Positions 1 to 10,422 are shown, counted from the first letter of the stretch. The stretch is DNA of 64,000 nt from an uncultured Bacteroidales bacterium (GCA_947302205.1 CAMYVD010000004.1:4218-68217); one strand, 5' to 3'. The notes: generated from the sequence alone by a model not told the origin. Program-made: numbers and translations.

Positions 1-237
1 ATCACTGAGAAGGACATTCTCGTTCACGACAAGACCACTGAGGACACTGGTATCCACATGATGCTGGCTCACATGCAGCCGCCTCATTTCCCGGTCGCCA
101 TCGGCGTGATCCGCGACGTGAAAGCCCCGACCTTCAACGACAGCCTCGATCAAGTGATCGAAAACGAAAAGGCTGCTTCGAAGATCCACTGCATGGATGA
201 CCTGCTGAATAGCGGCTCCACCTGGAACATCGAATAA
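1..237 (+). CDS. 2-oxoacid (2-oxoglutarate):ferredoxin oxidoreductase beta subunit, C-terminal fragment (5' end outside the window)
   Basis: The frame is open from nt 1 to TAA at 235-237 (..ILVHDKTTEDTGIHMMLAHMQPPHFPVAIGVIRDVKAPTF..). It resembles the C-terminal tail of KorB-type subunits and is followed by a hairpin terminator. Confidence 0.5.
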   Translation: MTEKDILVHDKTTEDTGIHMMLAHMQPPHFPVAIGVIRDVKAPTFNDSLDQVIENEKAASKIHCMDDLLNSGSTWNIE

Positions 238-259
238 TCGTTGATCGTTTTGAAACGAA

Positions 260-290
260 AAATCCCGTTCGATTGAGCGGGATTTTTTTT
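260..290 (+). terminator. Rho-independent terminator
   Basis: Stem aaatcccg/cgggattt followed by a T8 run. Confidence 0.7.
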
Positions 291-297
291 ATATTTG
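290..297 (+). promoter_or_regulatory. Bacteroidota -7 box (TATATTTG)
   Basis: Matches TAnnTTTG, 8 nt upstream of the ATG at 305. Confidence 0.4.
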
Positions 298-304
298 CAT
301 CGTT

Positions 305-850
305 ATGAGCGAAGAACAACAAGTAATTGAAAAGGTTATTGTTCCAAATCCTGAGGGATATACTCTTGTTAAATATTCCTATTTGGTAGTGGGTATGAGT
401 TACTCAATAGGTGGTATTTTGTTTCTGCCATTTGCTGAATTTGTTTTGAAGGGTGGAGATGGTAGCTGTTTGGTGGATAAATGGTTGTGGTGGCCTTTGT
501 TTTTTGTCTTTTTTCTTTTGGGCGGAGTAATTGGGCATAAACTTACGGAGGCTAAAGTTAACATTAAACTATCTGAAAGGGGATTGGAGCAAACGAGGTT
601 GTCTGGGTCAAGATTTGTTCCAGAATATCGATTTATACCATGGTGCGAAATGAAGAGATTTCATCTTTTTGGGAGAAATAATAGTGTTGATTTTCTTATA
701 TGTACAAAAGAAGGGTCGAATTTTCGTATTTCCATGCCACCTGTTAGGATATTTGAGCGGCAGAAGGTGAATGATGTTGTTTTCAACACTTTTCGAGTTG
801 ATTTTAAGCACGTTGCGATGGAACATGGAGTATTCCCTGCTTTTTATTGA
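305..850 (+). CDS. Hypothetical membrane protein (two predicted TM helices plus a soluble C-terminal domain)
   Basis: 181-aa ORF with hydrophobic stretches (VVGMSYSIGGILFLPF and WWPLFFVFFLLGGVIG). No family recognised. Visibly more AT-rich than its neighbours. Confidence 0.5.
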   Translation: MSEEQQVIEKVIVPNPEGYTLVKYSYLVVGMSYSIGGILFLPFAEFVLKGGDGSCLVDKWLWWPLFFVFFLLGGVIGHKLTEAKVNIKLSERGLEQTRLSGSRFVPEYRFIPWCEMKRFHLFGRNNSVDFLICTKEGSNFRISMPPVRIFERQKVNDVVFNTFRVDFKHVAMEHGVFPAFY

Positions 851-862
851 AACAAATAGATT

Positions 863-1429
863 ATGAAAATCCCCTTCAAACCCGGCACATTGATTTATCC
901 GCTGCCCGCTGTGATGGTGACCTGCGGCGATTGCGAGGAGAACTATAATATCATCACTATTGGCTGGACTGGAACGATTTGCTCCGACCCGCCGATGTGC
1001 TATATCTCCGTGAGGAAAGAACGCCACTCTCATGACCTCATCTTGAAAAACATGGAGTTCGTCATCAACTTGACCACGGAGGAATTAGCTGCCGCCACCG
1101 ATTGGTGCGGCGTGCGATCAGGTCGCGATTACAACAAGTTCAAGCAGATGCATTTGCATACGGAACCGGCGCAGATTGTGAAAGCTCCATTAATAAAGGA
1201 GTCGCCACTGAGCATCGAATGTAAGGTGGTGGAGGTAAAAGAATTGGGCTCCCACGACATGTTCATCGCTGAAGTGGTGGCTGTCAATGCAGAGGAAAGA
1301 TTGATTGATAAAGGCACTGGCGCTTTCCAACTGAATCATGCCAGACCTTTGGCATATTCCCATGGGAAGTATTATGGCCTCGGTGAGAAGATCGGTGGTT
1401 TTGGGTTTTCGGTGAAAAAGAAGAAATGA
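863..1429 (+). CDS. Flavin reductase-like (flavoredoxin family) protein
   Basis: ..YPLPAVMVTCGD..NIITIGWTGTICSDPPMCYISVRKERHSHDLI..EFVINL.. is typical of FMN-binding split-barrel flavin reductases. Confidence 0.65.
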   Translation: MKIPFKPGTLIYPLPAVMVTCGDCEENYNIITIGWTGTICSDPPMCYISVRKERHSHDLILKNMEFVINLTTEELAAATDWCGVRSGRDYNKFKQMHLHTEPAQIVKAPLIKESPLSIECKVVEVKELGSHDMFIAEVVAVNAEERLIDKGTGAFQLNHARPLAYSHGKYYGLGEKIGGFGFSVKKKK

Positions 1430-2676
1430 TCGATGTTGCTTCGCATATTAAGGACAAAAAGCTGATCCTTGCTTTGAGTGGTGGCATCGACTCGATGGTG
1501 CTTGCTGATCTGTTGCTGAAGGGCAAGGCGGATTTTGTATTGGCGCATTGCAACTTCCATCTTCGAGGTGAGGAATCCGATGGCGATGAGCAGTTCGTTC
1601 GGGACTATGCTTCACGAAATGGACTAACGATCTATGTGAAGCAATTCGAAACCGAGGTTTACGCCAAGGAGCAAGGTGTCTCCATCGAAATGGCTGCCCG
1701 TGAACTGCGCTATGCTTGGTTTGAGGAACTTCGTCAGCAATTAGGTTATGACTATATTGCCGTGGCTCATCATGCTGATGACCAGCTGGAGACCTTTTTC
1801 ATAAATCTGTTAAGAGGAGCAGGCATCCGAGGCTTGAAAGGGATGCAACCCGTCAATGGCAATGTTATTCGTCCATTGCTTGATGTTTCCCGTGAGGAGA
1901 TCCATCAATATGCCATTGAACATGGGATAAAATGGCGAGAGGATCATACTAATGCCGAGACTCAGTTTTTAAGAAATAAGATCCGCCACGAGCTGTTGCC
2001 TGTGATGGACAGCATCTCTAAAGAGGGTAGGGCATCCGTCCTGAAATCCATCAGCCATCTGGCATCTGAGAATGAGCTTTATCGGGAGTTAGTGGACGCA
2101 AAGCTGTTTCAGATTGTGAAACAGGATGGCGAGGTTCAAAAAATCTCTTACCTTTCACCTCTTACCTCTCAACTTCTCTTCGAATGGCTCCGTGATTATG
2201 GCTTTAACAGTGATCAAGTCAACTTCATTTACGAAGCCATGAACGGCCAACCGGGGACATCGTTTTTTTCACCGACTCATAAGGTTACGATTGAGCGTGA
2301 TGGAGTGGAACTGGCACCAATTTGTCAGCATGACAAAACCCAAGTGGAACTGGTTTATGAACAGCATCCCAATGACGATAATTTCGTGATTGATAAATCC
2401 CCTGAGGTAGCTCAACTGGATTACGATAAGCTTACATTCCCCCTCAAACTGAGAATATGGCAGGCGGGCGACCGTTTTTATCCCTTAGGGATGAAAGGCT
2501 CAAGGCTGCTGAGCGATTTTATGAAGGATTTGAAACTCACTACTAGGCAAAAGGAAGAATGTCAGGTGCTGACTACCGCCAAGGATGAGATCGTTTGGGT
2601 GGTCTGCAGACGTGTCGATGAGCGCTTCAAGGTGAGTGATAAAACAAAAACGATTCTTAAAATTCAGAGGGTTTGA
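1426..2676 (+). CDS. tilS: tRNA(Ile)-lysidine synthase
   Basis: PP-loop motif LSGGIDSMVL, 416 aa, with a 4-nt overlap with the upstream gene. Confidence 0.85.
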   Translation: MIDVASHIKDKKLILALSGGIDSMVLADLLLKGKADFVLAHCNFHLRGEESDGDEQFVRDYASRNGLTIYVKQFETEVYAKEQGVSIEMAARELRYAWFEELRQQLGYDYIAVAHHADDQLETFFINLLRGAGIRGLKGMQPVNGNVIRPLLDVSREEIHQYAIEHGIKWREDHTNAETQFLRNKIRHELLPVMDSISKEGRASVLKSISHLASENELYRELVDAKLFQIVKQDGEVQKISYLSPLTSQLLFEWLRDYGFNSDQVNFIYEAMNGQPGTSFFSPTHKVTIERDGVELAPICQHDKTQVELVYEQHPNDDNFVIDKSPEVAQLDYDKLTFPLKLRIWQAGDRFYPLGMKGSRLLSDFMKDLKLTTRQKEECQVLTTAKDEIVWVVCRRVDERFKVSDKTKTILKIQRV

Positions 2677-2722
2677 TTGTTTTACTATTTTTGCAAAAAA
2701 AAAGATAATTAACTAATTTGAT

Positions 2723-4789
2723 ATGAGACGCTTCTTTTTATCTCTTTTGCTGGTGCTGGTCACTGTGTTTTCGGTGACAGCTCAGGTGATGGATCCTGTG
2801 AAATGGACGTTTGCCATCAACGATTTGAACGACGAGGAATTTGAACTGGTTGCCACAGCTACCATCGAGCCTCAATTCCACATTTATTCCACTCAAATGC
2901 CCGACATGGCTCCGCTGCCGACGGTGTTCAGCTTTGAGTCAAACGAGTTTTATGAGCCGATAGGTGAAGGTTATGATCTCACTGATGTGGAGCTGTACTA
3001 TGACGATATTTTTGAGGTGGAGTACAAACAGTTCTCGGGCATGGCTTCGTTCGGACAGAAATTCAAGAAGCTCAAAGAAGGCCCCTTCCAGATTGTGGGA
3101 GAACTGAACTACCAATCGTGCAAGGACGGCATGTGCGTTTCATTGACTGAGGATGTTAATTTGACTTATGGACAGGCTGTGCTTACCGCAGATGAAGATG
3201 CCGAAGACGCTGGCGCTCAGGGTAAATCGAACATTTGGGCTATGATTCTTGAAGCCATCCTTTGGGGCTTTGCCGCCTTGTTGACACCTTGCGTGTTCCC
3301 GATGATCCCGATGACCGTGTCATTCTTCATGCACGGCGAGGGTGAGACCAAGGCTCAAGGAAAGTTCAAGGCTTTCATGTATTTCGTCTTTATCGTACTG
3401 CTTTATACTTTGCCAATTGCCATCATCATTTTGGTGACTTGGTTGGTGGGTGGCAACAGCGTCACAGCCGATATTTTCAACTGGCTGGCTACGCACTGGC
3501 TGCCAAACATCATCTTCTTCTTGGTGTTCATGATCTTCGCTGCCTCGTTCTTTGGTGCCTTTGAGATCACCTTGGGAAGCAATATGGTGAATAAGAGTGA
3601 CAGTAAACAGAATGCCAAGAGCTTGGGCGGTATCTTCTTCATGGCTCTGACCCTCGTGTTGGTGTCATTTGCATGCACGGGTCCCATCGTGGGCACGGTG
3701 CTGATCAAGTCCACCTCTGGTGAGTTCTGGGCTCCTATCGTGACGATGTTCGCTTTCGCAGTGGCCTTCGCTTTGCCATTTGCCCTGTTCGCTTTCTTCC
3801 CGAACCTGCTCCAGCGTCTGCCTAAGAGCGGTGGTTGGCTCACTTCCGTGAAGGTGGTGTTAGGCTTCATAGAAGTTGCCCTTGGATTCAAGTTCTTGAG
3901 CGTCGCTGACCAAACCTACCATTGGCATTTGCTCGACCGTGAGGTCTATCTCGGCATTTGGATTGTGTGCTTTGCCCTGTTGGGCTTCTATTTGCTTGGA
4001 AAGATCCGTTTCAAAGGCGAGAAGGAAGTCAAGGAGTTGGGCGTGTTCCGTTTGGTGCTCATTATCATCGACTTCACCTTTGTGATCTATATGATCCCCG
4101 GCATGTGGGGTGCTCCTTTGAAGGCACTTTCAGGCTATCTGCCTCCAAAGCAAACCCTCGATTTCGACTTGAATCGTATCATTGAAGAGAATAGTGAAAA
4201 GGTGATTGATTACGTGGATGCCAAGTTCGCCAATATGTCTGTTGACCACGCTTCTCAAGCCCCAATGCTTGAGGGTAACGCCAACTTTACCTGCGAGGAA
4301 CCCAAATATGCTGATTTGTTCCATCTGGCTCATAACCTGAAAGGTTATTTCGATTACGACCAGGCCTTGGCTTGTGCCAAGGCGCAAGGCAAACCCATCT
4401 TTGTGGACTTCACCGGTCACGGCTGCGTGAACTGCCGTGAGATGGAAGCCAATGTGTGGAGCGATCCCCGTGTGAAGGACATGCTGCGCAGCGATTTCGT
4501 GATCTGTGCCTTGTATGTCGATGACAAGACTTCGCTGCCCAAGGAGGAATGGTACACTTCCACCTACGATGGCAAGGAAAAGAAGACCATCGGTCGCAAG
4601 TACGCCGACTTCCAGATTTCGAAGTTTGGCACTAATGCCCAGCCGTACTACTGTCTTATGGATCACAACGGCAACCTGCTGATGAAGCCCCGTGCCTATG
4701 ACCTCGACAAGGATGCCTTTGTGGCGTTCCTCAAGGAAGGCATCAAGAACTTCCAGGAAGGTACGTTCTATCAGCATGTTGTAGATTAG
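2723..4789 (+). CDS. dsbD: Thiol:disulfide interchange protein DsbD family
   Basis: Signal peptide, a central polytopic membrane domain, and a C-terminal thioredoxin fold with a GHGCVNCREME CxxC motif. Confidence 0.8.
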   Translation: MRRFFLSLLLVLVTVFSVTAQVMDPVKWTFAINDLNDEEFELVATATIEPQFHIYSTQMPDMAPLPTVFSFESNEFYEPIGEGYDLTDVELYYDDIFEVEYKQFSGMASFGQKFKKLKEGPFQIVGELNYQSCKDGMCVSLTEDVNLTYGQAVLTADEDAEDAGAQGKSNIWAMILEAILWGFAALLTPCVFPMIPMTVSFFMHGEGETKAQGKFKAFMYFVFIVLLYTLPIAIIILVTWLVGGNSVTADIFNWLATHWLPNIIFFLVFMIFAASFFGAFEITLGSNMVNKSDSKQNAKSLGGIFFMALTLVLVSFACTGPIVGTVLIKSTSGEFWAPIVTMFAFAVAFALPFALFAFFPNLLQRLPKSGGWLTSVKVVLGFIEVALGFKFLSVADQTYHWHLLDREVYLGIWIVCFALLGFYLLGKIRFKGEKEVKELGVFRLVLIIIDFTFVIYMIPGMWGAPLKALSGYLPPKQTLDFDLNRIIEENSEKVIDYVDAKFANMSVDHASQAPMLEGNANFTCEEPKYADLFHLAHNLKGYFDYDQALACAKAQGKPIFVDFTGHGCVNCREMEANVWSDPRVKDMLRSDFVICALYVDDKTSLPKEEWYTSTYDGKEKKTIGRKYADFQISKFGTNAQPYYCLMDHNGNLLMKPRAYDLDKDAFVAFLKEGIKNFQEGTFYQHVVD

Positions 4790-4801
4790 TAAATAGCGGA
4801 T

Positions 4802-5578
4802 ATGTCAGAAATCCTTCGCGCGGAAGGGCTTAGCAAGACCTTCAAACTGACACGCAAACAACAGCAGATCGAGAGGACAAGCCGTAAGAAGATTGTTGCG
4901 GTTGATGACCTTTCGTTTACCGCCAACCGTGGCGAGATCTTTGGCCTGCTTGGCCCCAACGGCGCCGGCAAGACCACCACATTGCGTATGCTGGCTACCT
5001 TGATTGCCCCTGACAAGGGTAATGCCTTTATCGATGGATGCTCCATTGTGAGTCAACCGGAACAGGTGAGGGCTAAGATTGGATTTCTTACCTCAGAATT
5101 GAAGTTGGAAGACTTTTTTACTCCCAATTATTTGTTCGACTTCTTCTCCCAACTCTATGGGATTGCCCCAGAAGTTATCGCTCAACGTAAAGCCAAATTG
5201 TTTGAACGTTTTGGCATCGACCGTTTTGCGGAAGTGAAGGTGGCTAACCTCTCCACGGGTATGAAACAGAAGGTTTCACTGGTAATTTCTTTGGTCCACG
5301 ATCCGGAGTTTGTCATTTTCGACGAGCCCACTAACGGCCTGGATGTGCTCACCGCTCGCACCGTTACGGATTATCTTCAGGAACTGCGCGAACAAGGCAA
5401 GACGATTATCTTGTCTACCCATATCTTCAGTCTCGTTGAGAAGCTTTGCGACCGTGTTGGTGTCATCATTGACGGCCGCATGACAGCCTGTGGCCCACTT
5501 GATGAGGTTTGCAACGGACTCTCACTGGAAGACCGTTTCTTTGAGATGTACAAGGAAGTGAAAGGAGGTGAGGAATGA
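4802..5578 (+). CDS. ABC transporter ATP-binding protein (ABC-2/NatA-like)
   Basis: Walker A GPNGAGKTT, signature LSTGMKQK, Walker B VIFDEPTNGLD. Confidence 0.85.
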   Translation: MSEILRAEGLSKTFKLTRKQQQIERTSRKKIVAVDDLSFTANRGEIFGLLGPNGAGKTTTLRMLATLIAPDKGNAFIDGCSIVSQPEQVRAKIGFLTSELKLEDFFTPNYLFDFFSQLYGIAPEVIAQRKAKLFERFGIDRFAEVKVANLSTGMKQKVSLVISLVHDPEFVIFDEPTNGLDVLTARTVTDYLQELREQGKTIILSTHIFSLVEKLCDRVGVIIDGRMTACGPLDEVCNGLSLEDRFFEMYKEVKGGEE

Positions 5579-6762
5579 AGAACAATGCATGGACCATCAT
5601 TAAGAAAGAGTTTGCCCGTGTCTTTGGCGACCGCCAGTTGCTATTCACGTCGGTGATCATGCCGGGTTTGCTCATCTATATCATTTATAGTCTTTTGGGC
5701 TCAGGTATGCAGAAGATGGCCACTGAGGGGACGGATGAAATGGTAATCGTTCGTGTGGAGAACCTCCCCGAGAGCGTGGCTCCGATGGTGGAGAATCTGC
5801 CTTCTGTTGTGGTATTGCAACAGGCTGTTCTTCAGGAAGACATAGAAAAGTTGGAAAGCAAAAACCTCAACGAAGTGCTGGCACGTTTCCCAGAGGCTTT
5901 CGATTCAATAGTGGCTACATACGATCCTCAAAGCGGTGTGGCTGCACCTAATATTGAGATCTATTACAATTCGGCCAACAATGCTTCCTCTCGCGTCTAT
6001 CAAATGTTGAAGGGATCCCTTGCGGCTTACGAAGAGCAACTGAGTAACCGTTTCGACATCAACCGTGCTGACGTTGAGGAGGCTCAATTCGACATGGCTA
6101 GCGATGACGATGTGTTGGGTGGTATTCTCTCCAAGCTTATCCCCATGCTCATCTTGATGATGCTCTTCAGTGGCGTGATGGCTATCGCTCCCAGCTCTAT
6201 CGCCGGAGAGAAGGAACGTGGCACCATTGCTACATTGCTGGTGACCCCATTGCGAAGAAACGAACTTGCCTTGGGTAAGGTGGTATCGTTGAGCGGCATT
6301 GCTTTGATGAGTGGCATCTCGAGCTTTATCGGCATTGCCTTGTCGCTGCCGAAGATGATTCAGGCTGATGCAGCAGGTATGGAGTTACATTACACGACAA
6401 GTGATTACCTGGTCATTCTGCTTACTATTATGGCTGCTGTGCTCATCATGGCTTCAGTCGTCAGTTTGCTGTCGGCACTGGCCAAAGATGTCAAGAATGC
6501 AGGTACCATGATCATGCCTTTCATGTTAGTAGTGGTGTTCTGTGGCTTGACGCCAATGTTCCAGAACGGCTCGCCTGAGAGCTTGACTGCCTACCTGATC
6601 CCGTTTTACAACGCCGTTCAGGTCATGACTTCCGTCTTTGCTCACGAGATGAAATGGATGCCCGTCATCGTTACCTTAGCTGCCAATGTATGCTATACGG
6701 GCATAGCAGTATGGGGCTTGACGCGGATGTTCAATAGCGAGAAGATAATGTTTTCGAAATAA
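5575..6762 (+). CDS. ABC-2 type transporter permease (NatB-like)
   Basis: 4-nt overlap with the ATPase gene. N-terminal TM helix, large extracytoplasmic loop, C-terminal multi-TM domain. Confidence 0.7.
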   Translation: MKNNAWTIIKKEFARVFGDRQLLFTSVIMPGLLIYIIYSLLGSGMQKMATEGTDEMVIVRVENLPESVAPMVENLPSVVVLQQAVLQEDIEKLESKNLNEVLARFPEAFDSIVATYDPQSGVAAPNIEIYYNSANNASSRVYQMLKGSLAAYEEQLSNRFDINRADVEEAQFDMASDDDVLGGILSKLIPMLILMMLFSGVMAIAPSSIAGEKERGTIATLLVTPLRRNELALGKVVSLSGIALMSGISSFIGIALSLPKMIQADAAGMELHYTTSDYLVILLTIMAAVLIMASVVSLLSALAKDVKNAGTMIMPFMLVVVFCGLTPMFQNGSPESLTAYLIPFYNAVQVMTSVFAHEMKWMPVIVTLAANVCYTGIAVWGLTRMFNSEKIMFSK

Positions 6763-6782
6763 TACGACCTGAAAGGCCAAAA

Positions 6783-6854
6783 GCTATTAGCCCAGGGCAC
6801 CGCCCTGGGCTAATAGCAAAAAAATAGAGGATGACTCAAAATAAGCCATCCTCT
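6783..6854. terminator. Two tandem hairpins between convergent genes (bidirectional terminator region)
   Basis: A 16-bp stem gctattagcccagggc/gccctgggctaatagc (6783-6817) and a stem agaggatg/catcctct (6826-6854), with flanking A/T runs on both strands. Confidence 0.65.
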
Positions 6855-6886
6855 CTAAAATGATTGCAGCTTTAAAACTATTCAAA

Positions 6887-7264
6887 TCAATGATTTGAGT
6901 CTATGAATTCAATGACATAACCCCTGGTTATCGCTGATTTTTTCATATACACAGGACCAGCTATGTAAGAAACTGAATAAGTTGTAGTCGCATTGATGAT
7001 GGTTTGGTTGTTTTTGAGATCTGCTTTGGTATACATGTCGGCGACAGAATTGTTCTCAAGTGCTTTTTGGCTTAATCCACCAATGCCGAGAACATATGTG
7101 GCAGACCATTCTCCTTGAACTGGCTTAACGTATCTGAAATTATTCTCTTTTAATACTACATGAGTTTGGGGAAGTCGTGCCGCTGGGATATTTGTTAAAC
7201 CAACACAACTTGAGAATCCGATAGCGGTAATACAACAAAGTAATAGAAGTTTAATTCTCTTCAT
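6887..7264 (-). CDS. Small lipoprotein, function unknown
   Basis: Signal peptide with lipobox (..AIGFSSC). 125 aa and AT-rich. Confidence 0.55.
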   Translation of the reverse strand: MKRIKLLLLCCITAIGFSSCVGLTNIPAARLPQTHVVLKENNFRYVKPVQGEWSATYVLGIGGLSQKALENNSVADMYTKADLKNNQTIINATTTYSVSYIAGPVYMKKSAITRGYVIEFIDSNH

Positions 7265-7448
7265 GATAATAAAACCGGCTTTCAGTTCCTTAAAGCCAGG
7301 TGATCCTTTACACCTTTTGTATGTTATACATAGGAAGCATGGAACTGTTGCTTATTATTTGAAATAGGCGAAATGCTTTCATAAGTATGATTATTTTTGA
7401 CTTTGCAAAGATAATAAATTATAGTGACTCTGCAAAAATAATAAAAAA

Positions 7449-8816
7449 TTATTCCCCTTTTGCGAAGTGTTGGTAAAAAGCGATAATCGTCTCGATGCCC
7501 TTGTAGAAGTGGTCGAGGCGATAGTTTTCGTTAGGTGAGTGGATGGCGTCCTCGCCGAGTCCGAAGCCCATCAAGATCGACTTGATACCCAACACTCTTT
7601 CAAACTCAGAGATGATCGGGATGGAACCACCTGAACGCATCGGGATAGGCTGTTTGCCGTAGGTTTCCATGTAGGCGGCTTCAGCAGCTTTGTATGCCGG
7701 CAGGTCGATGGGGCAGCCGTAGGCTTGTCCACCGTGCAAAGGAGTGACCTTCACGGTGACGTACTTCGGAGCGTTCTTCTCGAAATAGTTCTTCACTAAC
7801 TTGGCAATCTTTTCGTGGTCTTGGTTCGGTACCAGACGGCAGGAGAGCTTAGCGTATGCCTTTGATGGCAACACGGTCTTGCTGCCCTCGCCAGTATAAC
7901 CACCCCACATGCCACAGAGGTCGAAGGTAGGACGGATGCCTACACGCTCGATCTTGGTGTAGCCCTTTTCGCCACGCAGCGCCTTCACGTTCAGGCTTTC
8001 CTTGTAGGCTTTCTCGTCGTAAGGTGCCATGTTCAACAGCTGGCGTTCCTTACGTGAGCAGTTGATAACGTCGTCGTAGAAATGAGGAATGGTGATATGG
8101 TTGTTCTCATCCATGCACTTGGCGATCATCTCGCAGAGCGTGTTCAATGGGTTGGCTACGCTACCGCCGAAGATGCCGGAGTGGAGGTCTGCGTTAGGAC
8201 CGGTGACTTCGATCTCCCAGTAGGCAAGACCTCTCAGACCAGTGGTGATGGAAGGAACGTCTGAAGCGATCATCGAGGTGTCGGATACTAAGATGACATC
8301 GGCCTTCACTAAGTTCTTGTATTTCACGATCCATTTGGCGAGACTGCCAGAACCGATTTCCTCTTCGCCTTCAAGCATGAACTTCACGTTGCAGGGGAGG
8401 GTGTTGGTCTTTACCATGGTCTCGAAAGCCTTGGCGTGCATAAACGACTGACCTTTATCGTCGTCGGCACCACGAGCCCAAATCTTGCCGTCTTTCACCA
8501 CGGGTTCAAAGGGCTTGGTGTTCCACAACTCGATGGGATCCACAGGCATCACGTCGTAGTGGCCATACACCAGCACAGTGGGTTTCTTCGGGTTGATGAT
8601 CTTTTCGCCATAGACGATAGGATTGCCATCGGTAGGCATAACCTCGGCTTTGTCGGCACCGGCCTTCAGCAGGTGCTTGCGCCAGCACTCGGCGCAACGG
8701 ATCATATCAGGTTTATGAGCTGCTTCCGAGCTGATGGACGGAATACGAATGAGTTCAAATAATTCTTCAAGGAAGCGATCCTTGTTTTCCTTGATGTACT
8801 TGTCAGTGGTTTTCAT
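7449..8816 (-). CDS. M20-family dipeptidase
   Basis: Motifs HYDVMPVD, ARGADDDKG and EGEEEIGS; 455 aa. Confidence 0.8.
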   Translation of the reverse strand: MKTTDKYIKENKDRFLEELFELIRIPSISSEAAHKPDMIRCAECWRKHLLKAGADKAEVMPTDGNPIVYGEKIINPKKPTVLVYGHYDVMPVDPIELWNTKPFEPVVKDGKIWARGADDDKGQSFMHAKAFETMVKTNTLPCNVKFMLEGEEEIGSGSLAKWIVKYKNLVKADVILVSDTSMIASDVPSITTGLRGLAYWEIEVTGPNADLHSGIFGGSVANPLNTLCEMIAKCMDENNHITIPHFYDDVINCSRKERQLLNMAPYDEKAYKESLNVKALRGEKGYTKIERVGIRPTFDLCGMWGGYTGEGSKTVLPSKAYAKLSCRLVPNQDHEKIAKLVKNYFEKNAPKYVTVKVTPLHGGQAYGCPIDLPAYKAAEAAYMETYGKQPIPMRSGGSIPIISEFERVLGIKSILMGFGLGEDAIHSPNENYRLDHFYKGIETIIAFYQHFAKGE

Positions 8817-8827
8817 GTTATAAAGTA

Positions 8828-9586
8828 TTAAGATTTAGATTCATAATATTTCAACTCCACCGTCTCCCCGTCGAACACCGCATAGGTGAAATCGTAAATC
8901 CAGTTGCCCACTACGGTGGTCATGGCATGATCACCTGATTGGTATTGCATGGGTTTGTGCTGATGGCCGAAGACGAAGAAGTCGATGGAAGGATCTAAAG
9001 CAGCTTGCTCAGCGGCATATCGGTAAAGCCGAGTGTTGGGAATGTCGTCGTAATAGCCTCGTTCTACCTCGTTCTTGAGCTTCTTCAAGCGGTGGTTATG
9101 CGACCATCGAAGGGCCAATCGGATGCCGATATCGGGATGGATCCAACGGAAAAGCCATTGGTTCACCCGGCATTCAAACGCTTTTTTAAGGAATTTGTAG
9201 CCTTTGTCGCCAGGGCCTCTGCCGTCACCGTGGACCAAAAAGAACTTTTTGCCTTTCAACATCAAGATCTCGGGCTCGCGATGCAGCTGAATACCCAACT
9301 CGTCATGCAGATAGCCAAAGCACCACAAATCGTGGTTGCCGATGAAGAGATGTACTGGGATGCCGGCGTCAGTAAATTCGGCCAGTTTGCCTTGGATCCT
9401 TACAAAGCCTCTTGGTACCACCGACTTGTATTCAAACCAGAAGTCGAACAGATCGCCCATCAGGAACAACTCCTCGCAATCAGCCTTGATGGAGTCCAGG
9501 AACTTCAAGAGTTTCAGTTCGCGCTCATGGCTGTCCTCAAGCGAAGGAATGCCCAGATGGAAGTCGGTGACGAAGTAAACGGCCAT
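8828..9586 (-). CDS. lpxH: UDP-2,3-diacylglucosamine diphosphatase
   Basis: Calcineurin-like metallophosphoesterase motifs TDFHLG, MGDLFDFW and GNHD; 252 aa. Confidence 0.8.
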   Translation of the reverse strand: MAVYFVTDFHLGIPSLEDSHERELKLLKFLDSIKADCEELFLMGDLFDFWFEYKSVVPRGFVRIQGKLAEFTDAGIPVHLFIGNHDLWCFGYLHDELGIQLHREPEILMLKGKKFFLVHGDGRGPGDKGYKFLKKAFECRVNQWLFRWIHPDIGIRLALRWSHNHRLKKLKNEVERGYYDDIPNTRLYRYAAEQAALDPSIDFFVFGHQHKPMQYQSGDHAMTTVVGNWIYDFTYAVFDGETVELKYYESKS

Positions 9587-10422
9587 CAGAACTTGATTTG
9601 GGAACTGCGGCGGATAAGCTCGGTGATGAGGGTAATGAGCTTGGGTTCAACGGCGTTCACGGCACGGATGACCTCTTCGTGGGTGATGGTGATCGGGTGA
9701 TCGACACCGAAGATGTTACCCATGTCGGAGACGATAGAAAGACCGAATACCGGCAATTTGCCTTGGCGGGCCACGATAACCTCAGGGGTGGTCGACATGC
9801 CGATGGTGTCGGCACCGATAATACGGAAATAACGGCACTCGGCAGGAGTTTCGTAGGTCGGTCCCGTAGTGGAGCAGTATACGCCGTGCTGCACCCAGAT
9901 GCCTTTTTCCATAGCGATTTCGTCAGCCAACTTGATGAGTCGTTTGTCGTAAGGTTCGCTCATGTCGGGGAAACGCTCGCCGAAACGATCGTCATGAGGC
10001 CCAATCAGAGGATTCGGCATGGCGTGGATGTGGTCGTTGATGATCATGATGTCGCCCACGCGGAAGTTCGGGTTGAGTCCACCGGCAGCATTGCTGAGGA
10101 TAAGGAACTTGATGCCAAGTTGCATCATCAAGCGGATGGGGAAGACAACGGTTTCCATGGGATAGCCTTCGTAGTAATGGAAGCGGCCTTGCATGGCGAT
10201 GACTTTACGCCCCGCGATGGTGCCGAAAAGCAATTGTCCCTGATGGCCTTTGACGGTGGAAACGGGGAAGTTGGGAACCTCTGAATAGGGGAGGGCGTAT
10301 TCTACGGCAATACCGTTGGCCAAGCCGCCTAAACCGGAGCCTAACACGACGCCGACTTCAGGCTTGAACCCTTTGGTCTTCATGTTGATGTAATCAACCG
10401 TGGTGAGCATTTTTTCGTACAT
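9586..10422 (-). CDS. Purine nucleoside phosphorylase (trimeric PNP-I/PunA type)
   Basis: ..VVLGSGLGG.., GRFHYYEGY and MSTTPEV. I chose the start at MYEKM (10422) rather than the ORF-track start at 10503. The stop overlaps the lpxH ATG (TGATG). Confidence 0.8.
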   Translation of the reverse strand: MYEKMLTTVDYINMKTKGFKPEVGVVLGSGLGGLANGIAVEYALPYSEVPNFPVSTVKGHQGQLLFGTIAGRKVIAMQGRFHYYEGYPMETVVFPIRLMMQLGIKFLILSNAAGGLNPNFRVGDIMIINDHIHAMPNPLIGPHDDRFGERFPDMSEPYDKRLIKLADEIAMEKGIWVQHGVYCSTTGPTYETPAECRYFRIIGADTIGMSTTPEVIVARQGKLPVFGLSIVSDMGNIFGVDHPITITHEEVIRAVNAVEPKLITLITELIRRSSQIKF

